DNA of 64,000 bases from an uncultured Solirubrobacteraceae bacterium (lineage in GTDB: Bacteria > Actinomycetota > Thermoleophilia > Solirubrobacterales > Solirubrobacteraceae), in contig CAVRKZ010000001.1 of the NCBI GenBank assembly GCA_963722435.1, positions 1,396,672 through 1,460,671 on the forward strand. The letters are read 5' to 3'. Below are positions 40,398 to 51,669 of this stretch, one piece after another; the stretch's first letter is position 1, and the number at the start of each line of letters is the position of its first letter. Below the pieces are notes generated by a model, which was not told where the DNA came from, did not search any database, and saw only the letters and a program-made list of their open reading frames with translations. Made by a program: the position numbers and the translations under genes.

Positions 40398-40940
40398 ATG
40401 AACCAGCTCGAGACACTCCGCACCGCAGGCGTGCCGCGGTTCGCGGCCGCGAGCGCCCTGCTCGCGATCTGCCTCGCGTTCGCGCTGGCGCTCGCCGGGG
40501 CGACGGGGGCGATGACCAGCCACGCCGGCTGGCCGCCTGATCAGCACCTCGTGATGGACAAGGGCGCGGCGGGGCGTCACAACGTGCTCGTGGGCAGTCG
40601 CGGCGTCCACAACTACCTGCTCGGCGGCTATGGCGATGACACGATCTACGGCGGCGAAGTCGGGGACGTGATCTGGGGCGACTACCACCCGTCGGGCTGG
40701 CCCGCCTTCCAGAGCGCCGTCATCCACGCCGGCGACGGCCCGAACTTCATATACGCCAACGACACCGTCAACTACGTGTGGACCGGCACCAACCCGGACA
40801 CGGTCGTGCACGCGCACGAGGGCTCCGGCGTGATCCACTGCGAAAACGCGAACATCGTCGTGTTCACCAGCCACCGCGCGCTGCCGCACTACAAGCTCGA
40901 GGGCTGCCGGCGCATCAGCTTCTACACCGTCGGATACTGA
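40398..40940 (+). CDS. Secreted protein with RTX-like calcium-binding glycine repeats
   Basis: AAGGAGG SD, signal peptide, LLGGYGDDTIYGG..GDVIWGD, AGDGPNFIYA. Confidence 0.75.
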   Translation: MNQLETLRTAGVPRFAAASALLAICLAFALALAGATGAMTSHAGWPPDQHLVMDKGAAGRHNVLVGSRGVHNYLLGGYGDDTIYGGEVGDVIWGDYHPSGWPAFQSAVIHAGDGPNFIYANDTVNYVWTGTNPDTVVHAHEGSGVIHCENANIVVFTSHRALPHYKLEGCRRISFYTVGY

Positions 40941-40946
40941 TCGCGC

Positions 40947-41939
<993 letters not shown>

Positions 41940-41980
41940 CGTGTGACTCCTGTCGCCCGGGAAGAATCGATGCAGACATA

Positions 41981-42550
41981 ATGGCAACCGACGTGTTTCC
42001 CCTGAACCTGCCCAACCTGCTCACCGTGCTGCGGATCATGCTCGTGCCGGCGCTCGTCGTCGCCCTGCTCGGCAACACGCCCGGCGGGGACGTGCTCGCG
42101 GCGGTCGTGTTCGCGCTCGCCTCGCTCACCGACTTCATCGACGGCTACCTCGCCCGCGCGCGCGACTCCGTCACGACCTTCGGCAAGCTCATGGACCCGC
42201 TGGCCGACAAGCTGCTGATCGTCGCGGCGCTCATCTCGCTCGTCTCCCTTCACCGCCTGGCCGCATGGGTGGCGACCGTGATCATCGCGCGCGAGCTCGC
42301 CGTCACCGTGCTGCGCCTGGGCGCCAGCCAGGCGGGCGTCGTGATCGCCGCTAGCAACTTCGGCAAGCTCAAGACCTGCTTGCAGATCGCCGCGGTCCTC
42401 GCCGTCATCGCCGTGCACGGCCAGCCCCCGTGGGTGGCCGTGCTCCTTTACGTCACCGTCGCCGTGACCGTGCTCTCGGGACTCGACTACTGCTTCGGCA
42501 TGCGCCGGCGCATGCAGCAGCTCGACGCCCGCGTGGCCGACCGCGCCTGA
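41981..42550 (+). CDS. pgsA: CDP-diacylglycerol--glycerol-3-phosphate 3-phosphatidyltransferase (start may be GTG 41993)
   Basis: [29 protein letters not shown]. Confidence 0.94.
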   Translation: MATDVFPLNLPNLLTVLRIMLVPALVVALLGNTPGGDVLAAVVFALASLTDFIDGYLARARDSVTTFGKLMDPLADKLLIVAALISLVSLHRLAAWVATVIIARELAVTVLRLGASQAGVVIAASNFGKLKTCLQIAAVLAVIAVHGQPPWVAVLLYVTVAVTVLSGLDYCFGMRRRMQQLDARVADRA

Positions 42551-42562
42551 CCGGACACCGGG

Positions 42563-43576
42563 CTAGACGCGTGCTGGTGCGTTCAGCCACTGCTCGAGCG
42601 TGGTGTGGTGGGCGGCCGGCGTACCCGCGCCGACCTCCTCGCGCAGCTCCGAGAGCAGGCCGTGGCGTTCGGCGATCACGTTGTGCTGGTGGATCGTCTC
42701 CAGGTTCTCCTGGCGTGCGGAGACAAAGCTCGCACCGTCGAGTGTGGGGAAGCTCTCCAGCACGCCCGCGATCATCTCGCGCACGCAGTCCTCGACGAAG
42801 CGCGGGCGCCGGTGGGCCTTCTCGACGACCTCGACCTCGTCGGAGCGCTTCATCAGCTCGTAGATCTCCGATGACATGCTCGACTCGGCGATCTGCAGGA
42901 GCGTGGCCGCGTCGATCTCCTGCGCGCACTCCTCCGTGCAGCCGATCTCGAGCGTCGCCAGCCCGCGCTGGTTGTGCGTGGCCACGGGGACGTCCTCGAG
43001 GATCAGCTCGATCTGCGCTGCCTCGAAGCCGTGCGCCGCGAGCCGCTCGCGTGAGCGCGCCGCGACGAGCTCCTGCGCGCACGGGCACGCGGTGATCCCC
43101 GTCGCCGAGACTCCGACGGTGCCGCGCGTGCCGTGCGCGAAGGCCACCGCGCGGCCGTGCAGCGTGTAGATCTCCTGCGTGTGCACGCCCGAGACTGGCG
43201 CCGGCTTGTGCTCGGGATAGCGCGCCGCGATCGTCACCTCCGCGCGCTCGGCGCCCTGGCGTGAGCGCACCAGCTCGGCGACGTGGCGCACGAGCGTCTC
43301 GGCGCGGAAGGGCGACTCGCTCAGCACCACCTCGCCGATCGCCTCGTTGATGACCTCCTCGAAGCGCGACATATGCGCGCCCTTCTGCCTGCCGCTCAAG
43401 TCGACGAAGCAGTCCAACTGCGCGAGGAACAGCTCGTCGCGGATGCGCACCACCTTCTCGACGCCGGTCACGCCCACACGCGAGAGGCCGACCGGGACGC
43501 GCGGCGCGCGAGCCTGGACGTCATCGTGCGCGACAGCGCCCGTGGACACCGCGGAGCTCGCCCCTGTCGAGTGCAC
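42563..43576 (-). CDS. folE2: GTP cyclohydrolase type IB (FolE2/MptA family)
   Basis: KGAHMSRF, TACPC, THNQR, KRSDE, PRFVED, ETIHQHN; TACGCT 7 nt before GTG 43576. Confidence 0.9.
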   Translation of the reverse strand: MHSTGASSAVSTGAVAHDDVQARAPRVPVGLSRVGVTGVEKVVRIRDELFLAQLDCFVDLSGRQKGAHMSRFEEVINEAIGEVVLSESPFRAETLVRHVAELVRSRQGAERAEVTIAARYPEHKPAPVSGVHTQEIYTLHGRAVAFAHGTRGTVGVSATGITACPCAQELVAARSRERLAAHGFEAAQIELILEDVPVATHNQRGLATLEIGCTEECAQEIDAATLLQIAESSMSSEIYELMKRSDEVEVVEKAHRRPRFVEDCVREMIAGVLESFPTLDGASFVSARQENLETIHQHNVIAERHGLLSELREEVGAGTPAAHHTTLEQWLNAPARV

Positions 43577-43784
43577 CGCGGCAAGCGTAGCGCGCCATGG
43601 GCGCCCGGCACGCGCGCATCGGTGCCCGCGCGCGGGCACCACCGCAGGGGCTCCCATCTGCGGATTCTGGTAACAATCCGGGCCTCAACCAGCGAGGCAG
43701 GGGGAGGATCAGCGCCAGACCGGGGGTCACGTCGCGGACGTGCGCGAGGTGGTGAATCGATGGGGAGGCCGTAGGGAGGGCAAG

Positions 43785-44738
43785 GTGAGCGAGACGCTCG
43801 ATGGACTGTTGACAGTCACGGAGCCAGCCACGGACACAGCCACGCCGGAGTTGGAGGAGTTGCAGCGAATGATCGCCGGCCCCCCCAAGGAGCGGCTCGA
43901 GCTCGCAGTCGATCCCGGGCTCGACTCGCTGCGCCTCTACCTGCGCTCGATCGGCCGCGTGCCGCTGCTCAACGCCGAGCAGGAGGTCGCTCTCGCCAAG
44001 CGCATCGAGCGCGGCGACATGGACGCCAAGCGGCACATGGTCGAAGCCAACCTGCGCCTGGTCGTCTCGATCGCCAAGGGCTACGTGGGGCGTGGCCTGA
44101 CGCTGCTCGACCTGATCCAGGAGGGCTCGCTCGGGCTCATCCGCGCGGTCGAGAAGTTCGACTATCGGCGCGGTTACAAGTTCTCCACGTACGCCACATG
44201 GTGGATCCGCCAGGCGGTCACGCGCGCGCTCGCCGACAAGGCGCGCACGATCCGCATCCCCGTGCACATGGTCGAGCGCCTGAACAAGCTCGTGCACGCC
44301 GAACGCCGGCTACTGCAGCAGCTCGGGCGCGAGCCGACGTTCACCGAGCTCGCCGCCGAGCTCGAATCCTCCGAGCGCGACGTGCGCGAGATCATGCGCA
44401 TAGCCCAGCAGCCGATATCGCTCGAGAAGCCCGTCGGCGAGGAGGACGACACCGCGCTCGCGGACTTCGTCGAGGACGTGTCTGCCGCCTCGCCCTTCGA
44501 GATCGCCTCAGAAGCGCTGCGCCGCGAGAACGTCACGCGCGTGCTCGCGCGCCTTCCAGCACGCGAGCGCGAGGTCCTGGAGATGCGCTACGGGATCGTC
44601 GGCGGGCGCACGCGCACGCTCGAGGAGGTCGGCAGGGCCTTCAACATCACGCGCGAGCGCGTGCGCCAGATCGAGAACCGCACGTTGAAGAAGCTGCAGA
44701 CGCTGCCAGACGCACAGCGACTGCGCGAGGCCTCCTGA
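43785..44738 (+). CDS. RpoD-like sigma70 factor lacking region 1.1 (group 2)
   Basis: [47 protein letters not shown]; GGAGG SD before GTG. Confidence 0.92.
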   Translation: MSETLDGLLTVTEPATDTATPELEELQRMIAGPPKERLELAVDPGLDSLRLYLRSIGRVPLLNAEQEVALAKRIERGDMDAKRHMVEANLRLVVSIAKGYVGRGLTLLDLIQEGSLGLIRAVEKFDYRRGYKFSTYATWWIRQAVTRALADKARTIRIPVHMVERLNKLVHAERRLLQQLGREPTFTELAAELESSERDVREIMRIAQQPISLEKPVGEEDDTALADFVEDVSAASPFEIASEALRRENVTRVLARLPAREREVLEMRYGIVGGRTRTLEEVGRAFNITRERVRQIENRTLKKLQTLPDAQRLREAS

Positions 44739-44807
44739 CACGCGCGTACAGCGCACGCTGAGCCTCCGATGCTCGCCCTCGCGCAGCGCATAAACTGACG
44801 GCTCCCC

Positions 44808-44889
44808 GGCGGGGTTCCCGAGCGGTCAAAGGGGACGCGCTGTAAACGCGTTGGCTCTGCCTTCGAAGGTTCGAATCCTTCCCCCGCCA
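44808..44889 (+). tRNA. tRNA-Tyr(GUA)
   Basis: GGCGGGG/CCCCGCC acceptor, ACGCG-CTGTAAA-CGCGT anticodon arm, long variable arm, GGTTCGAATCC; TAAACT -10 upstream; CCA not encoded. Confidence 0.97.
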
Positions 44890-44945
44890 TCTCGCTCCCG
44901 AGCAGACCACCGCTCGCAGCTGCACACCGCGCCCAGCCGCGGGCC

Positions 44946-45287
44946 TCACTCCCCGGCGAGCAGACGCGCGAGGTCCTCGGCCTCTCTGGTGCTCACGAGC
45001 ACGCGACGAAGCACGCCCGGCCCCTCGACCTCGAAGGACAGCGCCGGCAGGCCGCGGCGCACGAGGAACGCTTCGTCCAGGCGGATCGTGCGGGCGACGT
45101 AATACAGCCATGGCACGCGCAGGCCAACTTTGATGCCTGCGCGCATCGCCTCGCGCATGGGATCGCCGACGACGTGCGCGCCTTGGACGTGCGCGCGCGG
45201 CACGCGAATGTCGCCCATCAACCCCAACGCCTTCTGCCACAGCGCGAGCCGCACCCGGACCTGCTCCTGGTCCACCTCGATGCGCAC
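44946..45287 (-). CDS. Hypothetical protein (small, actinobacterial PH-like)
   Basis: Protein-like composition (GDIRVP...GLRVP...VLVST); follows the AKR on the same strand. Confidence 0.7.
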   Translation of the reverse strand: MRIEVDQEQVRVRLALWQKALGLMGDIRVPRAHVQGAHVVGDPMREAMRAGIKVGLRVPWLYYVARTIRLDEAFLVRRGLPALSFEVEGPGVLRRVLVSTREAEDLARLLAGE

Positions 45288-45302
45288 GCGCCGGCCGATG
45301 TG

Positions 45303-46301
45303 TTAGCGGCGCTCGCTGTCGAGCATCGCCATCTGCGGCTGCGGGTAGCGCTCGCCGGCGACCGCGTCGGACGTGATCGTGTGCTCGAGCGCCGCCAGCT
45401 GATCGGCGTCGAGCGTGAGCTCGAGCGCGCCCAGCGCCTCCTCTAGCTGCTTGCGCGTGCGCGCGCCGATCACCGGCACGATGTCCTCGCCGCGCGCGAG
45501 CACCCATGCGATCGCCACTTGGGCCACCGTCGCGTCCGTGCGCTGCGCGAGCTCGCGCAGCCCCTCCACCAGCGCCAGGTTGTGCTCGCGATTGGGGCCG
45601 CTGAAGCGCGGGGCGTGGGCGCGGAAGTCGCCTGCCGCCAGCTCGCGCTCGGGGCGGAAGTGGCCGCTGATGAGGCCGCGGCTGAGAACGCCGTAGGCGG
45701 TGATCGCGATCCCCAGCTCGCGACAGGCGGGCAGGATCTCCTCCTCGACGCCACGCGAGATCAGCGAGTACTCGATCTGCACGTCGCAGATCGGGTGTGC
45801 GGCGGCGGCACGGCGGATCGTCTGCGCCCCCACCTCCGAGAGCCCGACGTGGCGCACGTAGCCCGCCTGCACGAGCTCGGCGAGCGCGCCGACGGTCTCC
45901 TCGATCGGGACCTTGCTGTCCAGCCGGGCGGGGCGGTAGACGTCGACGTACTCGACGCCGAGACGCGTGAGCGAATGCGCGAGCGCGGTCTTCACTGCCG
46001 CCGGGCTCGCGTCGTAGCCCAGCCAGGCGCCGTCGGGACCGCGCTGCGCGCCGAACTTCACGCTCAGCATGTACTGCTCGCGCGCGTGCCCGCGCAGGAC
46101 CTCTGCGATCAGCAGCTCGTTGTGGCCCATGCCGTAGAAGTCGCCGCTGTCGAGCACGTCGATGCCCGCCTCGAGAGCCGCGTGGATGGTCGCGATGCTC
46201 TCGTCGCGCTCGGCCGGGCCGTACACGCCGGACATGCCCATGCAACCGAGCACCAGCGCGGAGACCTCCGGACCGCCACCTCCCAACCGGCGAGTGTTCA
46301 C
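45303..46301 (-). CDS. Aldo/keto reductase
   Basis: LGCMGMS, DSGDFYG, VKFG, YGVLSRG, PVIGAR. Confidence 0.94.
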   Translation of the reverse strand: MNTRRLGGGGPEVSALVLGCMGMSGVYGPAERDESIATIHAALEAGIDVLDSGDFYGMGHNELLIAEVLRGHAREQYMLSVKFGAQRGPDGAWLGYDASPAAVKTALAHSLTRLGVEYVDVYRPARLDSKVPIEETVGALAELVQAGYVRHVGLSEVGAQTIRRAAAAHPICDVQIEYSLISRGVEEEILPACRELGIAITAYGVLSRGLISGHFRPERELAAGDFRAHAPRFSGPNREHNLALVEGLRELAQRTDATVAQVAIAWVLARGEDIVPVIGARTRKQLEEALGALELTLDADQLAALEHTITSDAVAGERYPQPQMAMLDSERR

Positions 46302-46369
46302 GAGCTAGCCACCGGCGGCTCAATATAGGGCGCCGCGAGCGCGTGGCGCGACGGCGTGAAGGCCGGCCG

Positions 46370-46558
46370 CTAGAGATCGAGCTCTACGTGCTCGTGGGTC
46401 TCACCGAAGCAGGCGCGGTGGTAGCAGTCGCCCACTGGTTCCCCGGATCGCTCGATCAGCAGCGAGGTCTCGTGCCACTCTCCTTCGGCGTGCACGACGA
46501 TCGGCTCGTACACGCCGATCACCTCGCTGCACCGCCGACATCTCAGCCACTCGTCCAC
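46370..46558 (-). CDS. Small Cys/His-rich hypothetical protein (possible Zn finger)
   Basis: CRRC...YHRAC; GGAGG SD before GTG. Confidence 0.6.
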   Translation of the reverse strand: MDEWLRCRRCSEVIGVYEPIVVHAEGEWHETSLLIERSGEPVGDCYHRACFGETHEHVELDL

Positions 46559-46685
46559 CCTCCAAGGATGAGCGCCCGCGAGAGCGCCGCCCTCAGCACT
46601 ACGCCGCTGGCGCTCGGGGAGAACTACTTAGGACGCCCGGAAGGCAAGCGTCGCTGCGAGGGGGCAGCGCTAGCATCTGGGCGGC

Positions 46686-46758
46686 GCCGACGTAGCTCAG
46701 CTGGTAGAGCACCTCCATGGTAAGGAGGGGGTCCGGGGTTCGAGTCCCCGCGTCGGCT
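46686..46758 (+). tRNA. tRNA-Thr(GGU)
   Basis: GCCGACG/CGTCGGC acceptor, CCTCC-ATGGTAA-GGAGG anticodon arm, GGTTCGAGTCC; TAGCAT -10 upstream. Confidence 0.97.
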
Positions 46759-46783
46759 TCCTAGGGCTTGGCGAGCCACTCGC

Positions 46784-48988
46784 TCACGCTGCCCCGTCCT
46801 CGAAGGCGGGCCGAGCGGGAGGCTCGCGATGGATCGCTACATGCGGCAAGCGGTGTTCGAGCCAGCTCGGCAGCGCCCACACGCGCGCCCCGAGGATCTG
46901 CAGCACGGACGGCAGCAGCACGCTGCGCACGACGAACGCGTCCAGGAACACGGCGCTCGCGAGGCTGAGACCGAACAGCTCGAGGACGCGTTCGCCGCCG
47001 GCCACGAAGGACAGGAAGACGCAGATCATGATCGTCGCCGCCGCCGTGATCACGCGCCCGGTCGATGCGAGCGCAAGGCGCACCGAGCGGTGCGCGTCGT
47101 GTGTGCGCTCCCACTCCTCGTGGATGCGCGAGACGAGGAAGACCTCGTAGTCCATCGACAGGCCAAAGACGATCGCGAACAGCATCACCGGGATGAACGC
47201 CTGGATCGGCGCCCCGCGCACGTTGAAGAGCGACCCCAGCCAGCCCCACTGGAAGATCGCCACGACCACGCCGAGCGAAGCGCCGATCGACAGCAGGTTC
47301 ATCAGCGCAGCCTGCAACGGGATCACGAGCGAGCGGAACACGACGAGCAGCAAGAGCGCGGACAGCAGCACGACGATGCCGATGAACAGCGGCAGCTTGC
47401 TCGAGAGAACCCGCGTGAAGTCCAGCGTGAGCGCGTCCGCTCCGCCAACCAGCAGGGTCGTGTGGGTGGCGCGCGCGAGCGGCGGCAAGGTATGCCCGCG
47501 CAGCGCGCTCACGAGTTCGCTCGTCGCGAGAGACTGGGGGGCCGAGCGCGGGTAGATCGAGAAGACGGCCGTCAGGCGATTGGGGCTCAAGCGCGCGCTC
47601 GAGACCGACGCGACATCGGCGGCCCCGCGCAACGCGCTCGAGACCTGCGCGAGCGCGGCCTGCTCGCCGCCTCGCGGCAGGCTCACGACTACCTGCAGCG
47701 GCCCATTGAAGCCCGCGCCAAAGCCCCCTGCCAGCAGGTCGAAGGCCTGGCGCGTGGTCTGGTTCGGCGGATTGTTTCCGGCGTCGCTGTTGCCCAGGCG
47801 CAGCGCCAGCGCCGGCGCGGCGAGCGTGAGCATGAGCGCCAGCGCAGCGATCGCGCCGGGCCATGGGTGGCGCTCGACGAAGCCCGACCAGCGCGCCCAA
47901 AAGCCGCTCCGCGCGCTGTCCTGCCGGATCCTGCGGGCGCCGATCCTGCGGGCGCCGATGCGGTCGCCGAAACGCGCGAGCAACGCCGGCAGCACGCTGA
48001 GCGCCGCCAGCATCGTCATCAGCACCGCAAGCGAGGAGGCGACCGCGAGCCCGTAAAGGAATTCGACGCCCAGCGCGAACTGGCCGAGCAGGGCGATGAT
48101 CACGGTCGCGCCGGCGAACAGCACGGCGCGACCGGCGGTGTCCATCGCGCTCACGACGGCATCCTGGAGCGAGCTGCCCGCGAGCCGGTTCTCGCGAAAG
48201 CGCGTGACGATGAAGAGGGCGTAGTCGATCCCTACGCCGAGACCGATCATCGCCGCGAGCTCGGTCGAGAAGTTGGGCATGCTGATCACCCGTGAGCCGA
48301 TGCTCGCGAGCCCGATGCCGGTGCCGAGTCCGAGCAGCGCGGTGACGATCGGCAGGCCCATCGCGAGGAACGAGCCGAAGGTCACGAGCAGCACGATGAT
48401 CGCGGCGAGCAGGCCGACCCCCGTCGCCGTGCCTATCGACGGCTTCTGCACGGATTCGATCGCCAGGCCTCCGAGCGCCACGCGCAAGCGCGGGCTGCTC
48501 GCGGCTTTCGCGACGCGGATGACGCGTTCGATCGCCCCCGTCGGCAGCACGTTGGCGCGCTCGTCGAAGTTAACCGTCGCAAACGCAACCGCGCCGTCGG
48601 GGGAGATCGCCTTCGCGCCTGAAGGCGCGTAGGGGCTGAGCACGCCCGTGACGTGCGGAAGCTTGGCCACGCGCGCGAGCATCGCGGCGACGCGTTCGCG
48701 AACGGGCGCTTCGCGCACCGTCCCGCGGGTCGCGGCGATCACGATCTGATCGACGTCGCCGGCCTCGGCGGGGAAGTCACGCTTGAGCAGGTCCGCCGCT
48801 CGCTGCGATTCGGTGCCCGGAAGCGAGAAGTTGTTCGCGAAGCGGGCGCCTACGGTCCCCGACACCACGACCACGGCGATCAGCAGCACGACCCAGCCGA
48901 GCACGAACGAGCGTCGATGCTCCGTGGCGTGCTTGGCCAGCCGCGCGACGATGCCCATCCTGCGGCCTCGCGACCCAGCCGCGCTCAC
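46784..48988 (-). CDS. MMPL family RND transporter
   Basis: GVGIDYALFIVTRFRE, GLSMDYEVFLVSRIHE; two TM bundles. Confidence 0.94.
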   Translation of the reverse strand: MSAAGSRGRRMGIVARLAKHATEHRRSFVLGWVVLLIAVVVVSGTVGARFANNFSLPGTESQRAADLLKRDFPAEAGDVDQIVIAATRGTVREAPVRERVAAMLARVAKLPHVTGVLSPYAPSGAKAISPDGAVAFATVNFDERANVLPTGAIERVIRVAKAASSPRLRVALGGLAIESVQKPSIGTATGVGLLAAIIVLLVTFGSFLAMGLPIVTALLGLGTGIGLASIGSRVISMPNFSTELAAMIGLGVGIDYALFIVTRFRENRLAGSSLQDAVVSAMDTAGRAVLFAGATVIIALLGQFALGVEFLYGLAVASSLAVLMTMLAALSVLPALLARFGDRIGARRIGARRIRQDSARSGFWARWSGFVERHPWPGAIAALALMLTLAAPALALRLGNSDAGNNPPNQTTRQAFDLLAGGFGAGFNGPLQVVVSLPRGGEQAALAQVSSALRGAADVASVSSARLSPNRLTAVFSIYPRSAPQSLATSELVSALRGHTLPPLARATHTTLLVGGADALTLDFTRVLSSKLPLFIGIVVLLSALLLLVVFRSLVIPLQAALMNLLSIGASLGVVVAIFQWGWLGSLFNVRGAPIQAFIPVMLFAIVFGLSMDYEVFLVSRIHEEWERTHDAHRSVRLALASTGRVITAAATIMICVFLSFVAGGERVLELFGLSLASAVFLDAFVVRSVLLPSVLQILGARVWALPSWLEHRLPHVAIHREPPARPAFEDGAA

Positions 48989-49024
48989 GATCTTGGGGTT
49001 CCCCGATACACTTCAGTGAGAACA

Positions 49025-49055
49025 GTTTCTAGGCGAAACATTTCTAGATGCAAAC
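49025..49055. promoter_or_regulatory. Tandem imperfect palindromic operators between divergent MMPL and MarR genes
   Basis: GTTTCTAGGCGAAAC followed by ATTTCTAGATGCAAAC. Confidence 0.6.
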
Positions 49056-49071
49056 TAGCACGTAGCAGGCA

Positions 49072-49581
49072 ATGCTCCCCACAGCACCCACCAGCGAGCT
49101 CGAGGTCCAGAGAGATCTGGAGGAGCTCGCCGCGCTGCTCGGCGAGACCCTGCGAGGGCTCAAGCAGTCGAGCCCCGCCCCCCGGGAGCTGCGCGAAGCA
49201 GCCGCAAGCGGGTCGCTCGGCCCGCGCCACATGCCCGCCCTGCTGGCCGTCGCCGCCGCAGAACCGTTGAGCGTGAGCGAACTGGCGCGACGGCTCGGAC
49301 TGGAGCTTTCGAGCACGAGCGCCATCGTTGGTCAGCTCAGCCGCGCGGGGCTGGTCGAGCGCGCGGAGGACGAGAGCGATCGCAGGCGCACGATCGTGCG
49401 CCTGCAGGAGCGCCATCGCGAGGTCATTGGGCCGTGGGCAGCGCAAGCACTCGCACCCCTGCGCAGCACGCTCGAGCGCCTCTCCCCCCGCGCACGCGCC
49501 AACTTCATGGAAGGCTGGCGCATCCTGCACGAACAGGCGACGGCCGCGGCACCCGCCGAGGCCGACGCGTACGGAGAGTAG
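49072..49581 (+). CDS. MarR family transcriptional regulator
   Basis: LSVSELARRLGL...GLVER..D..DRRRTIVRL. Confidence 0.9.
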   Translation: MLPTAPTSELEVQRDLEELAALLGETLRGLKQSSPAPRELREAAASGSLGPRHMPALLAVAAAEPLSVSELARRLGLELSSTSAIVGQLSRAGLVERAEDESDRRRTIVRLQERHREVIGPWAAQALAPLRSTLERLSPRARANFMEGWRILHEQATAAAPAEADAYGE

Positions 49582-49609
49582 GCGCCGGCACACGCCTGGC
49601 GCTGGGCGC

Positions 49610-51256
49610 TCACGCGCCCCTCAGCCTCTCCCGCTCGTCTGGGGCGGCCGCGAGCGGCGAGACGGTTACGAGCGCCGCGCTGCTGGGCGCAAGCGATACG
49701 GTGATGATCCCTTTGCGGTTGCGCACGCGCGGAAGATGCAGGGGCGCGCGCCACAGCCCGTCGGGCGCGACTTCGCGGCCGCCCAGGCGCACGCCCGTGA
49801 GGGCTTCCGGGGAGGGAGCCGTCAGCGAGAGCACGCTCGCGCCGTGAAAGCCGCCACCCACATCCAGCGCCACGGCCGCGCGGCGCGCTCCCGGCTCGTC
49901 ATCGACGATCACGAACTGTAGTGCGCCGTCACTGGCGGCGAACGCGCTCGCGATCACGTTCGCGTGCTCGGGCGAGTCGACGCGCGTCGAGAGGGGATGC
50001 TCGCCGATCAGCGCGCGCGCCAGCAGCAGCGCGTACCACTCGGGTTGCGCGCGCAGCTGGCCAGCGCCAGCCGCCGCGGCGCTCGGCGCACACAGCGGCG
50101 TGTAGCCACTGCAGTTGTTCGGGTTGCCCTGGAAGTTGACGCCCGCGACACCCATGCTCATCGCGCGCGTGAGAAAGCCGAGCGCCCACAGCGCAGAGGC
50201 GAACGTGTCGCTGATCCCCGGCGTGCCGCCGCAGGAGACGCTGTTCGTCTCGTCCACGCGGAACGGGACTTCGCTCTCGCGTGCGACCCTCAGATAGTGC
50301 GTCAGCGAGGTCTGCTCGCGCTGGCGAATGAGAGGGCTCAGCAGGCGCGCGATGCTGGGCGAGGGCTGTTCGTTACAGCCGAGCGGATAGTGATGGCCTG
50401 TGAGCATCGACGGCTGCTGGTCGATGGCCTCGGCGAGGCCCCAGCTTTCATACGCGGCCGAGCCTGAGCTATCGGGTCCCGCCAGCGGGAGACCCGGGGC
50501 CAGTGTGGCGATGGCGGCGCGATAGGCCGTGACCTGTTCCTCGTACTGCACGGAGCTCCACGGCTGCGCGCGTAGGCCGTGACGTGCGTATGAATCGGGC
50601 TCGTTACCGAGCTCGATCGCCTCGAGCGATTCCCCGAGCTGCGCCTTGGCGGCCGCCGCCTCGCGCGCCGCGGCCAGAGGTTCGTAGTGGCCCATGCCGA
50701 TCGTCAGCAGCACGTGCCAGCCGCTCTCTGCGGCGAGGATCCCAAGCCCACCCAGGTCCGCTTCATCCAGTACCCCGGAGGCCCAGGGAGGGGGACCTGT
50801 CTGGGGATCGAGCCAGCCGATGTCTTCATCCGCGGTCACGCCCCCGAAGCGCAGAACGCCGGGCCCGAGCGAGCGCAGGAGCGCAAGCAGATCTCCGCTT
50901 TGCGCGTAGCCCGCGAGCTGGGGCAGCGCCGCTACCTCGAAGGAGAGCCCGAGGAAGTCGGCCGGCACCACGGGCACTGCTTCGGGGCCTTCGACGGACA
51001 CCGAGAGGTGCACTTCCTCGGGGCGACGCGGTCGCAGCGGCCACGCGTGGCGCGGCGGGCTCGCGTGCTCGCCTGCCTGCCCGCCTGTGCCCCTCAGGGT
51101 GCGCCCGTCAGGGTGTCCTCGCGTAGTGAGGGTGCCCGTGAGGGTGCGCGCACCGGCTTGGCGTGAGCCCGTGCCCGGCGTCGGCGTCGCGGGCGCGCCC
51201 GCGGCGCTGCAGGCGCCTGAGAGGAGGATCGTCAGCGACGCGCCGAGGAGCAGCAA
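49610..51256 (-). CDS. Secreted glycoside hydrolase, GH79-like (beta-glucuronidase/heparanase clan A)
   Basis: GLSFE, LRFGG, ELGNEPD (acid/base), DETNS (nucleophile), GISDTFASALW; signal peptide. Confidence 0.82.
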   Translation of the reverse strand: MLLLGASLTILLSGACSAAGAPATPTPGTGSRQAGARTLTGTLTTRGHPDGRTLRGTGGQAGEHASPPRHAWPLRPRRPEEVHLSVSVEGPEAVPVVPADFLGLSFEVAALPQLAGYAQSGDLLALLRSLGPGVLRFGGVTADEDIGWLDPQTGPPPWASGVLDEADLGGLGILAAESGWHVLLTIGMGHYEPLAAAREAAAAKAQLGESLEAIELGNEPDSYARHGLRAQPWSSVQYEEQVTAYRAAIATLAPGLPLAGPDSSGSAAYESWGLAEAIDQQPSMLTGHHYPLGCNEQPSPSIARLLSPLIRQREQTSLTHYLRVARESEVPFRVDETNSVSCGGTPGISDTFASALWALGFLTRAMSMGVAGVNFQGNPNNCSGYTPLCAPSAAAAGAGQLRAQPEWYALLLARALIGEHPLSTRVDSPEHANVIASAFAASDGALQFVIVDDEPGARRAAVALDVGGGFHGASVLSLTAPSPEALTGVRLGGREVAPDGLWRAPLHLPRVRNRKGIITVSLAPSSAALVTVSPLAAAPDERERLRGA

Positions 51257-51302
51257 GCGCGGGCTCGTGTGGATGCGCGCTCGGGCGCGCGCGCGTCGGC
51301 GG

Positions 51303-51578
51303 CTACTGGTCAGGGCTCACCGCGAACCAGTCGCAGTTGAGCTCAGGCGAGCGCTCACAGATCTCGCGCACGAGGTCGAGGACTGCGCGACGGCCGACCG
51401 CCGCGCGTTCGTCGCTGGTCATCGCGACCGGCGCGTCCTCGAGCGGCCTTGCCTGGATCTTGGGGCCCTCTTTGACGAACGAGACGTTTCCGTGGTGGCC
51501 CTCCAAGTGTTGCCAGAGCATCTCCAGAGCATCCTCGGGCGCCCCGTAGGCGGCGTGGGGCGTGATCCTGAAGTCCAC
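51303..51578 (-). CDS. Hypothetical protein (91 aa)
   Basis: VDFRITPHAAYGAPEDALEMLW...CDWFAVSPDQ has coding-like composition; TAGCCT -10 just upstream. Confidence 0.55.
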   Translation of the reverse strand: MDFRITPHAAYGAPEDALEMLWQHLEGHHGNVSFVKEGPKIQARPLEDAPVAMTSDERAAVGRRAVLDLVREICERSPELNCDWFAVSPDQ

Positions 51579-51669
51579 AGTGAGGGCTAGGCTACAGCAG
51601 CCGTAGGCGCGGCCCACCCACGCGACAGCTCGACGCGCCGCGAACGCGTGTGGCGCCGCGGCGCGCCCC

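Noticed and set aside
43785-44738. Primary sigma factor sigA/hrdB
   Set aside because: It lacks region 1.1 and a dnaG context; better called a group-2 paralogue, so no gene symbol is given
44808-46758. Genomic island or prophage integrated at tRNA-Tyr or tRNA-Thr
   Set aside because: No integrase, no duplicated tRNA 3' end and no visible compositional shift
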